This document shows positions 1 to 14,158 of a stretch of DNA of 64,000 bases, one piece after another. The stretch is from positions 74,276,001 through 74,340,000 of the forward strand of contig OZ024742.1 of NCBI GenBank assembly GCA_964016885.1, read 5' to 3'. The DNA comes from Eledone cirrhosa (taxonomy: Eukaryota). The notes beneath the pieces were generated by a model. The model was not told the DNA's origin, did no database searches, and saw nothing but the letters and a program-made list of their open reading frames with translations. The position numbers and the translations under genes are program-made. The stretch's first letter is position 1; each line of letters opens with the position of its first letter.

Positions 1-140
1 CTACCATTCACTAGAATACAATGGATTGTACCATTCACTAGAGTGCAATATATTCTAACATTCACTAGAGTACAATGGATTCTACCACTCACTAGAGTAC
101 AATATATTCTGCCATTCACTAGAGTACAATGGATTCTACC
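1..140. repeat. 27-bp minisatellite, about 5 units, truncated by the window start
   Basis: Unit of the form CTACCATTCACTAGAGTACAAT(GG/AT)ATT repeats every 27 bp. Confidence 0.9.
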
Positions 141-327
141 CAGCTTTGCAAATTGCCTTCTCTGTTATATTTATTGTCACTTATCCTTCTAATATGAAGA
201 ATAAGTCTGAACAAGTTTTTAATTTAAGGGAAAACTTCAAACATTCACGGTCGATGAGTGTCGCCTTGCAGTTGTCCACTTGAGCTAAAATTTTGCATAG
301 ATTGTTTTTTTTTTGTTAATTGAAACA

Positions 328-415
<88 letters not shown>

Positions 416-502
416 GGATAAGTGACAATAAATATAACAGAGAAGGCAATTTGCAAAGCTGGGGACAGAGTGCAGTAAACACCTATTTTCCGCTGTGGGA
501 AC

Positions 503-554
503 AACAAAATTTTAACTTTCTGAAAATTACCTATTGCTAAGGGCCACCCTAATA
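503..554. mobile_element. Probable Tc1/mariner-type MITE end; second copy at 1535-1584
   Basis: Shared ...AAAATTACCTATTGCTAAGGGCCACCCTAATA ending at TA; the reverse complement TATTAGGGTGGCCC resembles a TIR. Confidence 0.4.
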
Positions 555-608
555 TACATATATCCGTATGTGGTTGACAGCTGAGGGAAATGAGTACTCG
601 GTATTGAG

Positions 609-695
<87 letters not shown>

Positions 696-774
696 TATAC
701 ATATGATATGTATATATATATATACTCTCCTTACTTATTTCTCCTTGCTCCCCATTTCTCATGGTATTTGTATA

Positions 775-1265
775 TAAAGGCAAAAAGGAGAGTAAAGAGA
801 GCAAGGCTAAAAGGAGAACAAGGAGAGCAAGGATAAAAAGGAGAGTAAGTAGAGCAATGAAAAAAGAGGGCAAGGAAGCAATGAGAAAAGGAGAGTAAGG
901 AGAGCAATGGTAAAAGGAGAGCAATGAGAAAAGGAGAGCAATGAGAGCAATGCGAAAAGGAGAGCAAGGAGAGCAAGGAGAGGAAAGAGAGACAAAGGGG
1001 TGGGGACAGGGAGGAAAGGAGGAAGGGGAGAAAGGGAGGAATGGGAGAAAGGGGAAGGGGAAGTAGCGGAGGTATGGGATGAGAGGGAGTAGAAGGGGAA
1101 GGGGAAGGAGGGAAGTGGAAGAAGGGGAAGTGACAGAATAGAGGGGCAAGGGGAGAAAGGGATGGAAATGGACGTAGGAGATGAAGGGCGGGAAGGTGAG
1201 GAAGGGGAGGATGGGGTGAAGTAGAGTAGGAAGGGAGGAATTGGATGAAGAGGAGGAGAGGAGCA
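775..1265. repeat. Purine-rich (GA) low-complexity and degenerate tandem repeat
   Basis: Repeated AAAAGGAGAGCAA-like units grading into G/A-rich sequence. Confidence 0.8.
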
Positions 1266-1601
1266 TATATACATATATCAGTATGTGGTTACATATATAT
1301 ATATACAATGTATATATATATATATACATTTGCTGGGGTTGCCTGGATGTGTCACATAAATTTCTCTAAGAAGAAAAAAGAAAATGGTCGAGATAGGGAA
1401 CAGTATTAATCGTTGAGCATACTATGTTCCAACTTCAAAGCGTTTGAGGGTCGCCAAACAGTTGTCCGATTGAGCTGAAATTTTGCACATCCCGTTCTTT
1501 TGTTGATTGGAACAGGATTAGGGGATAGGAGCAGCAACATTTTAACTTTCGGAAAATTACCTATTGCTAAGGGCCACCCTAATATATGTATATATATATA
1601 T

Positions 1602-2543
1602 ATAAAGAATTAGTATATCTACCAACATATATATACAGATGCATACCTATGCTAGCAAATGCATAGGTTTTGTCTTAGTAACTTTGTAGTTCAATGCAAG
1701 GGGATGCAGAACAATTATATGAAAGACGTAAAATAAGAAAATTATAAAAATTAACTTACTTACTAAAATTTCACTCCAACTAATTAGTTTCTGAAAGGGA
1801 ATAATCATGGTTTCCAAATGGAAAGCATGGAAAAGCCTTTCGTCATCAGGAAGTCAATTCTCAGCTAAGTTCCCAGGCGATGCGTGGACACAGGGAACTT
1901 ATACAAAAATAATTCAGTGGATGGAAAAAAACAAGCGTGGACTAAATTCCAAGACATTGAAAAAATCACTGCCTACTTGGTCGGTGGCAAATTCAAAAGA
2001 ATCAATCACGTGACATCGAGGTTAATCAGTGAGGAGTGGGGTGTTAAAAAGACAATAGCCGAGCCATTACTATGAACTATAGTAGCAGTTTTGGCAAATT
2101 TTTGCTCAACAAAATAATTTGGAGATAATTATAAAGAATTAGTATATCTACCAACATATATATACAGATGCATATCTATGCTAGCAAATATATAGGTTTT
2201 GTCTTAGTAACTTTGTGGTTCAATGCAAGGGAATGCAGAACAATTATATGAAAGACGTAAAATAAGAAAATTATAAAAATTAACTTACCAAGTAGGCAGT
2301 GATTTTTTCAATGTCTTGGAATTTAGTCCACGCTTGCTTTTTTCCATCCACTGAATTATTTTTGTATAAGTTCCTTGTGTCCACGCATCGCCTGGGAACT
2401 TAGCTGAGAACAGAATTCCTGATGAAGAAAGACTTTTCCATGCTTTCCATTTGGAAACCATGTTTATTCCCTTTCAGAAACTAATTAGTTGGAGTGAAAT
2501 TTTAGTAAGTAAGTTAATTTTTATAATTTTCTTATTTTACGTC

Positions 2544-2551
<8 letters not shown>
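1602..2551. mobile_element. PLE/retrozyme-like insert: 529-bp unit x1.3 followed by an inverted partial copy, in (TA)n
   Basis: 1602-1759 repeats at 2131-2288; 2288-2550 is the reverse complement of about 1715-1980; both copies contain CTGATGA-N-GAAA. Confidence 0.65.
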
Positions 2552-2572
<21 letters not shown>

Positions 2573-2574
<2 letters not shown>

Positions 2575-2777
2575 GGAATCAGTAAGACCCCGACAGCTGA
2601 GCTCAAGCCGTTTCGACGGCTAATTCTGGACTAAAATTTTAGTCCAGAATTAGCCGTCGAAACGGCTTGAGCTCAGCTGTCGGGGTCTTACTGGTTCCTA
2701 TTACCCACTCTACTACCTCAAGTATTGAGTACTTTGGTGCGTTATGGTCCACTTGGTTCCTTACCACATTTCCTTCG

Positions 2778-2779
<2 letters not shown>
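2573..2779 (+). mobile_element. PLE pseudo-LTR fold-back fragment carrying the 3' half of a hammerhead
   Basis: Near-perfect palindrome 2573-2700; GAAA-CGGCT..AGCTG-TC stem III and cleavage triplet; same family at 9387-9575 and 16485-16667. Confidence 0.7.
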
Positions 2780-2809
<30 letters not shown>

Positions 2810-3274
2810 GCACATACATATATGTATGTACGTACAAATGACAGTAGCACTAAGACAGCATTTAAGCATAATAGGGGTGTATATGAAGAGATATATAAAC
2901 ATATATAATCCGTTCATATACAATAAACATGAGTAGCCTCACTGTCGAAGAAAAATATTTTTTCGCATCGAAACGAAATGGAAAAAAAAAAATGATATAT
3001 TTTCTCTATTTTCTCTATAAATATATTTTGAGAGTATCAGACAACGCTGTTTCAAGATTCGTTAATTGTTTATCAGTGACACTCACTGAGAACACACTGG
3101 CATGAAAAGCAGAAAACATCAGCCTGAAGTGACTATTTGCATATAGTGCAAGCTTGCCTTGTTATATCTAATTAGTGGTAGCACCAAGACAGCGTTTTAG
3201 CACACCACTCCACTGATGTAGTCGAAGGAAAAGGCAAAATCTGATAAAGCTTGGCACAAGTGACGTCACAACTC

Positions 3275-3365
3275 ATTTCCAGCTAATGAACTGGCGCAAC
3301 ATGAAATAAAGTGTCTTGCTCATGGACACAGGGCTTTACTCGGACCGAGAATCGAACTCACACTA
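3275..3365 (-). mobile_element. Partial tRNA-derived SINE of the 17711 family
   Basis: Reverse complement of the B-box GAGTTCGATTCT and the GAGCAAGACACTT core. Confidence 0.55.
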
Positions 3366-3619
3366 ACCTGCGTGATTTCACATACTCATACACACACAAA
3401 TATATAGGGAAAATAATGATGAAGAGAATAATTTAGTTCATGCAAAATAAGTTATAGTTTGGTTTTAAAAGTATAGATAGGTTTTCGTGATTATCTAATT
3501 AGTTGACACCAACCAGTTTCTCTCTGAGTAGCTTTTCAAAGTTTCATTTGATTTGTGTTGGTGTTGGATACAATTTTTCTCTCGTGTCGTATTGAGTTAT
3601 ATCCTTCACGTATTGTTGT

Positions 3620-4560
3620 TTTTCTGAAACAAGGGACGCAACTGCTTGCTTTTAACGAAAAAAATGTGATTTGATTAGATATATTGAGTAAAGGATTGAA
3701 ATTTACACCAACTCCTCAAAAAACAAATATATCAGAAGCTAAAGATGATATTTCCGTCTTCTGCAGAAGAAAACCACTATGAATCATTAATCAAACACAA
3801 AAACGAATATCAACCCCAAAAGCCGTGAATACAGTCTTTGATGAATTTTGTAAATATATTTCAAACTTTCCAATTGACAAAAGTGGCTACGAGACAAACA
3901 AGGTCCAACTATAGAATCATCTAAACGATCGAAAACTGGAAAGAAATATTGTTATAAAAAAGCTGACAAAGGCGGCGCTGTTGTCATTATGGACAAAGCG
4001 CTACATAAACAGTGTATAAAGTATGTTACGGGGCACTACACACTACAAAGAAGCCAGAGATTACAAACTTCATAAAGTGATGAAACAACTTACTGATTTA
4101 CTACACTCATACCGAAACTGTCTAATCCCACCAATTTGAGTTGCAAAATCAACAATCTCTGTGAACTACCTGAAATATATAAAAATAAACTAATTAATTG
4201 TTTCTACTTTTGGCACAAGGCTAGCAATTACCCAGTACATTACTGGTACTTTATTTTATCGACCCCATAAGGATGAAAGGCAAAGTTAACCTCAAACTAA
4301 TTAATGAAACACAAATATGTGAATATACCTTCACCAATCGACTTCAAAGTTAGACCCATTATTACAACCCCGATTGCGGGACACATCGCCTAAGCATTTT
4401 ACTAGACATCTTACTGAAGCTTTTCCTCAAACACATTTGGAGCTTCATACGAGATGATCTAGATATACTCAAACATTTATCAAATAACGTAATCGAAACA
4501 CCTCATGGTTTCGTTGAATGATGTGAACCTACATAGCAACATTCAACACGACTACGTAAT
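3620..4560 (+). pseudogene. Degraded Penelope-like RT 5' region, interrupted by a SINE fragment at 4195-4294
   Basis: Frameshifted motifs LSKGLKFTPTP, IVIK/ADKGGAVVIMDK, RPII and SFIRDDLDILKHL, typical of the PLE RT N-terminus. Confidence 0.75.
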
Positions 4561-4603
4561 ACCTAACGTAGATTATATGTACATCTTTTGTCGCATCACC
4601 AGT

Positions 4604-4672
4604 CTGAGGAGCAGACTCCCATGGGTGACCTTGAGCCAATCCTCTGCGAAATGCACGAAACAGGTCGATACG
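4604..4672 (+). ncRNA. Degenerate or chimeric hammerhead-like motif
   Basis: CTGAGGA-GCAGA...TCTGC-GAAA followed by a second GAAACAGGTC; stem I not cleanly formed. Confidence 0.35.
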
Positions 4673-4748
4673 CAATAAATATTTTTCATATGTAAACGAA
4701 ACTTCCTCGTTTTTTCTATTATATATATATATGTATGGATAGGGAGGC

Positions 4749-4844
<96 letters not shown>

Positions 4845-5106
4845 ACACATACATATAAATACATAAGTATAAACACATATGTGTTTTGCTCCATGAATGT
4901 GAATGAATGAATGAAATAATCAATTAATCGGAGCTATATAAAATTATAAGTGTGAAGAGCAAATAGATAAAAACATACCTAATATTTCTTCAAAGTCCGG
5001 GCCGCTGCAGTTTCACCGATTGGTATGTAGCCAAAATGGAATTAAAGGGCCAGGTCCCTTCCAGCTTGCCATTCCTGGAACAAATTGTTTGACATCACTG
5101 GAGTAA

Positions 5107-5292
5107 ATAATTGTTTCTACTTTTGGCACAAGGCCATCAATTATCCCAGTGTATTACTGGTGCTTTATTTTATCAACCCCGTAAGGATGAAAGGCAAAGT
5201 TAACCTCGGCGGGATTTGAACTCAGAATGGCAAGGGCCGTAACTCTATGCTGGAAAGCATGGCGTCTGACCCTCTACCGATACTGCCAATCC
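5107..5292 (-). mobile_element. tRNA-derived SINE with Meta-like core
   Basis: A-box TGGCAGTATCGG, B-box GAGTTCAAATCC and core GCCTTTCATCCTT..GATAAAATAAAG(C/T)ACCAG on the minus strand. Confidence 0.85.
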
Positions 5293-5346
5293 ACCTTTCT
5301 CATTTTGTTTTAGTTGATGTCTTACTCTTTGAAAGCACTACGAGAA

Positions 5347-5525
5347 GGATTGGCAGTATCGGTAGAGGGTCGGACGCCATGCTTTTCAGCATAGAGTTAT
5401 GACCCTTTATAGTCTGAGTTCAAATCCTGCCGAGGTTAACTTTGCCTTTTATCCTTACCGAGTCGATAAAATAAAGCACCAGTAATGCTGGTAATTGCTG
5501 GCATTGTGCCAAAAGTACAAATCAT
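5347..5525 (+). mobile_element. tRNA-derived SINE with Meta-like core
   Basis: Same A-box, B-box and core on the plus strand. Confidence 0.85.
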
Positions 5526-5960
5526 TATTATGAGGAGAAGGTATTCCCCAGATGTTGTTCCCGAATTCAGTTGCCTCTACAGGATCAGGAAGCACGTTCT
5601 CCGTTTTGCATTTACCATCGAGTACTTGATTAAACTGAGAAGGTTTTGATCGAAAAAGTTTATTTTGATAGAATTGCTGTTGTTGATTTTCAAAATTCCG
5701 TATCTTCAGACTGCCACAGTGTATTTGTGTCTTAAGCTGACTGATCACACTAATATAGCCGACAACTTCAAGATCATACTTTTTGTTCAAAGTCGCTCTT
5801 TCTTTAGAGGTCAGATTATGATTTCCCTCCATTAATTCTTCCTGGAGACTAAGATGTTTTCTCCAGTCAATGAATGTATCTCAATTCTACGTTTCCAGAT
5901 TGGTGCTTCTATTTCTCCCCCGTTTGCCCTTTTTGGGAGCTTTGACTCCCAGCCACTAGG
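5526..5960 (-). pseudogene. R4/Dong-like LINE pre-RT fragment
   Basis: QNKLFRSKPSQF...PDPVEATEF..NIWG and PIWKRRIE resemble the region upstream of RT in R4/Dong ORFs; short TAA/TTA runs at the flanks. Confidence 0.5.
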
Positions 5961-5998
5961 CAACTAATAATAATACTGCACAGGTAATAATGATAATA

Positions 5999-6207
5999 AT
6001 AATTGTTTCTACTGTAGGCACAAGGCTAGCAATTTGTAGTGGAGGATAAAGTCGATTAAATCGATCCCAGTGCATCACTGGTGCTTTATTTTATCGATTC
6101 CATAAGGATGAAAGGCAAAGCTAAACTCGGCGGGATTTGAACACAGAACGTAAAGGGACGTAACTCTATGCTGCAAAGCATGTTGTCCGAATCCCTACCG
6201 ATACTGC
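5999..6207 (-). mobile_element. tRNA-derived SINE with Meta-like core
   Basis: Homologous to 5107-5292. Confidence 0.8.
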
Positions 6208-6622
6208 ACATAAATTAAGAAATAAAAAATGTAGACTATGTAGAAGGGATATTAGGTGAGGAGAGATTTTAATAACATACATGTCCTATATATGTTGGGT
6301 TCAGTCATCGGTATATTGGTTTGGGTCTCCTCACTCAAGAAAAATTCTCTGGGAATCCTTCCCTAAAAATAACTTTTCAGCTCTTTTCAATTTTGAGACG
6401 AACTCCCTCCTTTCGGGGCCTGAAATCAGAGAGTTCCGACTTTTAAAATTTTGTTCAGAAGCACAAGTTACGCTTAATATAGTGAAGGTGAGTGAAGCTA
6501 GCACTGTAAACAAGAACTAAGCTTGCGGTGAATCGTGTGTGTGTGTATGTGTGTGTATGTCTCTTTCTCTCTCTCTGTATATGACAGAGAATACGAGGGA
6601 GAGAGTGAGGAAGAGAGAAAGT

Positions 6623-6654
<32 letters not shown>

Positions 6655-6694
6655 AAGAAAGAGAGAGCGGGGAGAGAAAGAGAAAGAGAGTGAA

Positions 6695-6794
<100 letters not shown>

Positions 6795-7310
6795 AGTGTT
6801 AGAGATAGAGAGAGAAAAAGAGTGAGAGAGAAAGAAATATAGAATTAGAGATAGATAGAGAGAGAAAGAAATATAAAGTTCGAGATAGAGAAAGAGAACG
6901 AGAGAGAGAAAGAATGAGAGAGGGAGAGAGAAAGAGAGAGAGGGGGGGGGTCAATGGAATGTAAGTGATGCATGGTATGTTTCTCAATATGAGAAACCTA
7001 TCCAAGAGAGGCTTAGCTCGATAGAAACGGAAATATTAAGAGATGATTCGTGAACATTTAGGAGGAAAGAAAACAACATTTTCAGTGATGTTTGGCTCCA
7101 ATCGACGTTTTTAGAATTGTTTGAATTCTGCGAGGAATTAACATAAAAAGCAGCCGATAAAGGCCGATAAAAGTTATTTGAAGTTGACAATTGTTCTCTA
7201 TTGGTCCAGGAGAAATTTGGTTTCGAGATTATTGCCGGAGATCGCTGTATTATAAAAAAATGGAAGTAATTTGTACCTGCATTATATGTAGCTCAGATGT
7301 ATGTGGGTGT

Positions 7311-7378
<68 letters not shown>

Positions 7379-7524
7379 ATGTGTATGTGTGCGCGCGCTT
7401 GTGTGTAAGTGTGCCTGTATAGATTCGTAATATATAGATAAAGGTACATATACTCACACACAATTACATATGTAAATATATGATAGAGGTTTTAAATTGG
7501 TATGAATTTCTATTAAGCGAAAAA

Positions 7525-7618
<94 letters not shown>

Positions 7619-7858
7619 TCAGCGAGAATCGCATTTCGGCGGGTAGAAAAAAACGAAACGTAACGCAAATTCCGAGTCATGCTGGCAAGCGCTCCATGGG
7701 CTAAAAAAGACCAGAACAATAAACATAGGTTATAAAGGCCATACAAACTGAGAAGGCGGTCAAGAAGCCATTAACCACCTAAGCCAAAAAAACAAGTCAA
7801 GCTAAACAGGTCAGACAAAATAAATGACATAATCATACATATATATATATACACATAT

Positions 7859-7978
<120 letters not shown>

Positions 7979-8449
7979 ATAACCAACCTGGACCCCCGGA
8001 ATTTATGGTAAAATCCAGTACAGGGTTTCCGTGACACCTAAATCAATAATACTGTCTGCTTAAAACAATAATCTTTTGGTATAATGATCGAACGAGGAAT
8101 ATCACGTTATCAACAGGTATTTTGTTCTGCGCCAGTGTTGTGGATGACACAGTGTTTTGTAAAAGCACATGCGTAACTCACAGGGGAAAACCCCCAGATT
8201 TTGGCAAATGAATTCAGTATGTGTAAATCCAAGCAAAAAATTGCATAAATAGCACGGATCGAATAAGCCCTCGACCGGGTAGTTTTTAAGATAAACTTAT
8301 GCAATTAATCTGTCAATAGAATTATTAACAGGTTAATTGTAAGACTCGGGAGATTAATACAAGGAAGATTGATACAATATATATATATATACATTTTATT
8401 AACTCTACTTTGGTATTGAGTACTCCTTTCTCTCAACGTCAACGACATA

Positions 8450-8485
<36 letters not shown>

Positions 8486-8968
8486 CATAGATTAAAGTTA
8501 CTTCTTACGTGTTATATATATATGTAGCAATTACAAGGAAGAGTCATTTTAGTCATTAACAAACAAAACAAAAACGTTAAATTCATTTTAAAGAAATATG
8601 TGATAAATGTAAAATGAATTTCAGAATTTCTTTATTTCTAATTTTTTCTTGTTTTGAATAACTAAAACGACTCATTAATGTTTTAATTACTTTAGTTTCA
8701 TCAACAGACGGTCTTAGATCAAGTCAATTGATAAACAAGTACAACTCGTCTATATATATATAATATATGTATGCATATATGTATATATATACATATGTAT
8801 ATATGTATATATGTATATATATATATACATATGTATATATGTATGTATGTATATATATACATATGTATACATATATGTATATATATATATATATATATAT
8901 TTCGTTTCTGAAATATATATATATATATATTTCGTTTCGTTATTGGCAACATGACCCTCCCAAAGTAT

Positions 8969-8999
<31 letters not shown>

Positions 9000-9034
9000 C
9001 TGTATATATATAATATATATATATACATATATAT

Positions 9035-9082
<48 letters not shown>

Positions 9083-9088
<6 letters not shown>

Positions 9089-9239
9089 TGAGATTCTACA
9101 GGACTAGAACTGTTTCATTCATTAGATGAATGAAACAGTTCTAGTCCTGTAGAATCTCATCTATATTAAAACTGTTATACTCTGCTATGTATTGAGTACC
9201 TTACTTACTGTGGTTACCTCCGATTCAACCCGGAATAAC

Positions 9240-9240
<1 letters not shown>
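9083..9240 (+). mobile_element. PLE fold-back fragment carrying the 3' half of a hammerhead
   Basis: Palindrome 9083-9165 centred on ATTCAT-TAG-ATGAAT; GAAA-CAG..CTG-TA; bulged hairpin in the tail; lies in (TA)n. Confidence 0.7.
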
Positions 9241-9304
<64 letters not shown>

Positions 9305-9306
9305 TA

Positions 9307-9386
<80 letters not shown>

Positions 9387-9390
<4 letters not shown>

Positions 9391-9575
9391 AACCAGTAAG
9401 ACCCCGACAGCTGAGCTCAAGCCGTTTCGACGGCTAATTCTGGAATTAGCCGTCGAAACGGCTTGAGCTCAGCTGTCGGGGTCTTACTGGTTCCTATTAC
9501 CCACTCTACTACCTCAAGTATTGAGTACTTTGGTGCGTTATGGTCCACCTGGTTCCTTACCACATCTCATTCGTT
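9387..9575 (+). mobile_element. PLE fold-back fragment, same family as 2573
   Basis: Palindrome 9387-9496 plus a near-identical 3' tail. Confidence 0.75.
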
Positions 9576-9580
9576 ATATA

Positions 9581-9630
<50 letters not shown>

Positions 9631-9703
9631 TACCCGCCCTAGATAGATATATACATATTTATATATATATATATACACAAATATATATATATACATACAT
9701 ATG

Positions 9704-9747
<44 letters not shown>

Positions 9748-9888
9748 CGTATATATGTGTATATATATATGTATATGTATACACATATGAAAGTAAAGCA
9801 CAGATAAACTACGATGTTCTCCTCCTTTTCCTTATAGAGAGCTATACCACAACTTTCGGAATAAAATACATATCTTGTAATTCTTCTT

Positions 9889-10490
<602 letters not shown>

Positions 10491-10726
10491 TAGAAAGTAT
10501 CATTAAACATATGACAGCAATGACAAATATTATGTAGCCCATTATTTCTACAAATGTTACACTAGCAGCACCATTCATACAAAATATTCCTTTAATCATA
10601 TAATGTTCACTTATGAAATTAGATAAAATGACGGTATTAACTGCATCAACCATCTCCAATCAGCTACTCCATTGACATATGTACATATACGTGCATATTT
10701 TGTTGCATAAACACATATACACATTT

Positions 10727-11095
10727 GTATGTATGTATGTATGTATGTATGTATGTATGTATGTATGTATGTATGTATGTATGTGTGTATGTATGTATGT
10801 ATGTATGTTTGTATGTATGTATGTATGTATGTATGTATGTATGTATGTATGTATGTATGTATGTTTGTATGTGTGTATGTATGTATGTATGCATGTATGT
10901 TTGTATGTATGTATGTATGTATGTATGTATGTATGTATGTATGTTTGTATGTGTGTATGTATGTATGTATGCATGTATGTTTGTATGTATGTATGTATGT
11001 ATGTTTGTATGTATGTATGTATGTACGTATGTTTATAAGTATATATGTTTGCATGTATGTGTGTTTGTATGTATGTTTGTATGTTTGTATGTTTC
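10727..11095. repeat. (TATG)n microsatellite
   Basis: Direct inspection. Confidence 0.95.
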
Positions 11096-11116
11096 TACAT
11101 ACACATATATGTAAAG

Positions 11117-11252
<136 letters not shown>

Positions 11253-11369
11253 ATGTGTGTGTGTGTGTGTATGTGTGTATATATACACACAAATATGTAT
11301 ATATATATATATATATCAAATATATACACATACATACATACACAAACACACATACAAACAAACGCACGC

Positions 11370-11425
<56 letters not shown>

Positions 11426-11854
11426 GTATATATATTTATATATAATGTGCACTCACACTGATAGGCTTAATCACACCGAGGAACGTCCTAGTAGATGTAT
11501 GTATAGAGTATATGGAGAGCTATGATGCTGCAAGATGAAATGCCTGCAAGAATCGATAAACGATTCCAAGAATCCAGAGGAAGAAAGATGCCGTAAATGA
11601 CATAAAATAAAATACATCTGTTCCCTTCCCACTTGCCTGGCCCAACGCTTTCCTCACCAGACGAAATCTAATAAACAGACGATACAAAGGAGGTTGAAAT
11701 ATTTGGAGAAGTCGAATGTTATTTTCCTCACATAAGAGATAGGGGACAGCGGTGGTGGCGGTGGGGATGGTGGTGGGTTTGATAGAATGTTGAGATGCGT
11801 ACGTTCCAGATATGATGGTGGGATTTGCGGGGCTTGGTGTTTAGGGGAGTGTGT

Positions 11855-11948
<94 letters not shown>

Positions 11949-12707
11949 GTGTGTGTGTATGTGTGTGTGTGTGTGTGTGTGGTGGGGCTTGGGATTGGGT
12001 AGTGGTATTTAGAAAAGGTGGTAGTAGTGGCAATGGTGGTGGTATTACTATTTAGGGATTTTACCGGTGGTTGTGGTTGTGGGGTGGTGGTATTTAGATG
12101 TGGATATTATAGAGAAACAACGGTATTTGCAAATATAGATGGCGGTGTAGTTGTTATAGGGGGCGTTGTAGTTGTGAGAGGTGGCAGTGTAGTTGTCAAG
12201 GGTGGGGGAAGTTGATGTTGGAATTGGATTGTTAGAATAGGGGATAAGAAAAAATAAAATGAAATAAATATAAAAAAATGCGGTGAGAAAGTGTGTGAGT
12301 GTGGTAGAGGGGAAAATATATTACATATAGAGGTAACGACGTGGTGGCGGTGTTAGAGGTAACGACATGTGGTGGTGGGGGGCATATAAATGGTGGTTAC
12401 ATGAGAAGAAAAGGGGATGAATTAATTAAAATGAAAGAAGGGATCGTGGAGAAAAAATAGTAGATTAACTGCATATGTAAATGAAATCATGAACACCACA
12501 GACGTAGAGACAGGCAGGCGCATACAAGTACACCTACACGTACACTTGGGTATTTGGGCCGGTTCACACTCACACACACACACACACACACACATTCGCG
12601 CACAAACACACACATACACATATACGCACACGCACACACGCAATCATTTATTGATTTACTCTATGTCAAAGAATCACTCCGCCATAAATCAGTTTCTTGC
12701 CAAGCCG

Positions 12708-12866
<159 letters not shown>

Positions 12867-13055
12867 ATATTATATATATATATATATATAAAAGAAATTG
12901 GAATAAATGCTCTGAAATAGCGATATATATGTGAATATAGACATAGAATATTCGAAAATATTCTGTATGTTTATAATAAACATTTTGAAGACCTAATCGC
13001 TATAGAATAGAATACGTCACGTATTACAATTAGATTCTCGATAAAAGCAAGGGAA

Positions 13056-13098
13056 GTAATCTACGCGTTTCATTCTTATTAGAAATCTTCAGGACTAC
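13056..13098 (-). ncRNA. Type I hammerhead ribozyme (also 13366-13408 and 13676-13718)
   Basis: Reverse complement of GTAGTC-CTGAAGA-TTTCTAATAAGAAT-GAAA-CGCG-TA-GATTAC. Confidence 0.8.
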
Positions 13099-14115
13099 AT
13101 ATCCAGTGCTTTTATCGAGAATGACACAGCTAGAGACTTATAGAATACTTAGCTGTGTACAGGAACTGGTTTGAAAGAGCGGTTGCCGGTCCGGCAGAAA
13201 TTAGAAATTGGAATAAATGCTCTGAAATAGCGATATATATGTGAATATAGACATAGAATATTCGAAAATATTCTGTATGTTTATAATAAACATTTTGAAG
13301 ACCTAATCGCTATAGAATAGAATACGTCACGTATTACAATTAGATTCTCGATAAAAGCAAGGGAAGTAATCTACGCGTTTCATTCTTATTAGAAATCTTC
13401 AGGACTACATATCCAGTGCTTTTATCGAGAATGACACAGCTAGAGACTTATAGAATACTTAGCTGTGTACAGGAACTGGTTTGAAAGAGCGGTTGCCGGT
13501 CCGGCAGAAATTAGAAATTGGAATAAATGCTCTGAAATAGCGATATATATGTGAATATAGACATAGAATATTCGAAAATATTCTGTATGTTTATAATAAA
13601 CATTTTGAAGACCTAATCGCTATAGAATAGAATACGTCACGTATTACAATTAGATTCTCGATAAAAGCAAGGGAAGTAATCTACGCGTTTCATTCTTATT
13701 AGAAATCTTCAGGACTACATATCCAGTGCTTTTATCGAGAATGACACAGCTAGAGACTTATAGAATACTTAGCTGTGTACAGGAACTGGTTTGAAAGAGC
13801 GGTTGCCGGTCCGGCAGAAATTAGAAATTGGAATAAATGCTCTGAAATAGCGATATATATGTGAATATAGACATAGAATATTCGAAAATATTCTGTATGT
13901 TTATAATAAACATTTTGAAGACCTAATCGCTATAGAATAGAATACGTCACGTATATTCTATGTCTATATTCACATATATATCGCTATTTCAGAGCATTTA
14001 TTCCAATTTCTAATTTCTGCCGGACCGGCAACCGCTCTTTCAAACCAGTTCCTGTACACAGCTAAGTATTCTATAAGTCTCTAGCTGTGTCATTCTCGAT
14101 AAAAGCACTGGATAT

Positions 14116-14158
14116 GTAGTCCTGAAGATTTCTAATAAGAATGAAACGCGTAGATTAC
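14116..14158 (+). ncRNA. Type I hammerhead ribozyme (also at 14426, 14736, 15046, 15356)
   Basis: Stem I GUAGUC/GAUUAC, core CUGAAGA...GAAA, stem II UUCU/AGAA, palindromic stem III ACGCGU, predicted cut after GUA at 14152. Confidence 0.8.

Noticed and set aside
316-1329. 337-aa Leu/Pro/Ser-rich ORF
   Set aside because: Antisense of a GA-rich low-complexity tract joined to (TA)n.
2442-2463. GAAAC taken as the HHR core partner of CTGATGA at 2419
   Set aside because: It lies in a separate CATG-TTTCCA/TGGAAA-CATG hairpin and no stem I or II could be formed, so it is not called a ribozyme.
6240-6530. Possible PLE N-terminal coding fragment on the minus strand
   Set aside because: No diagnostic motif; too short to assign.
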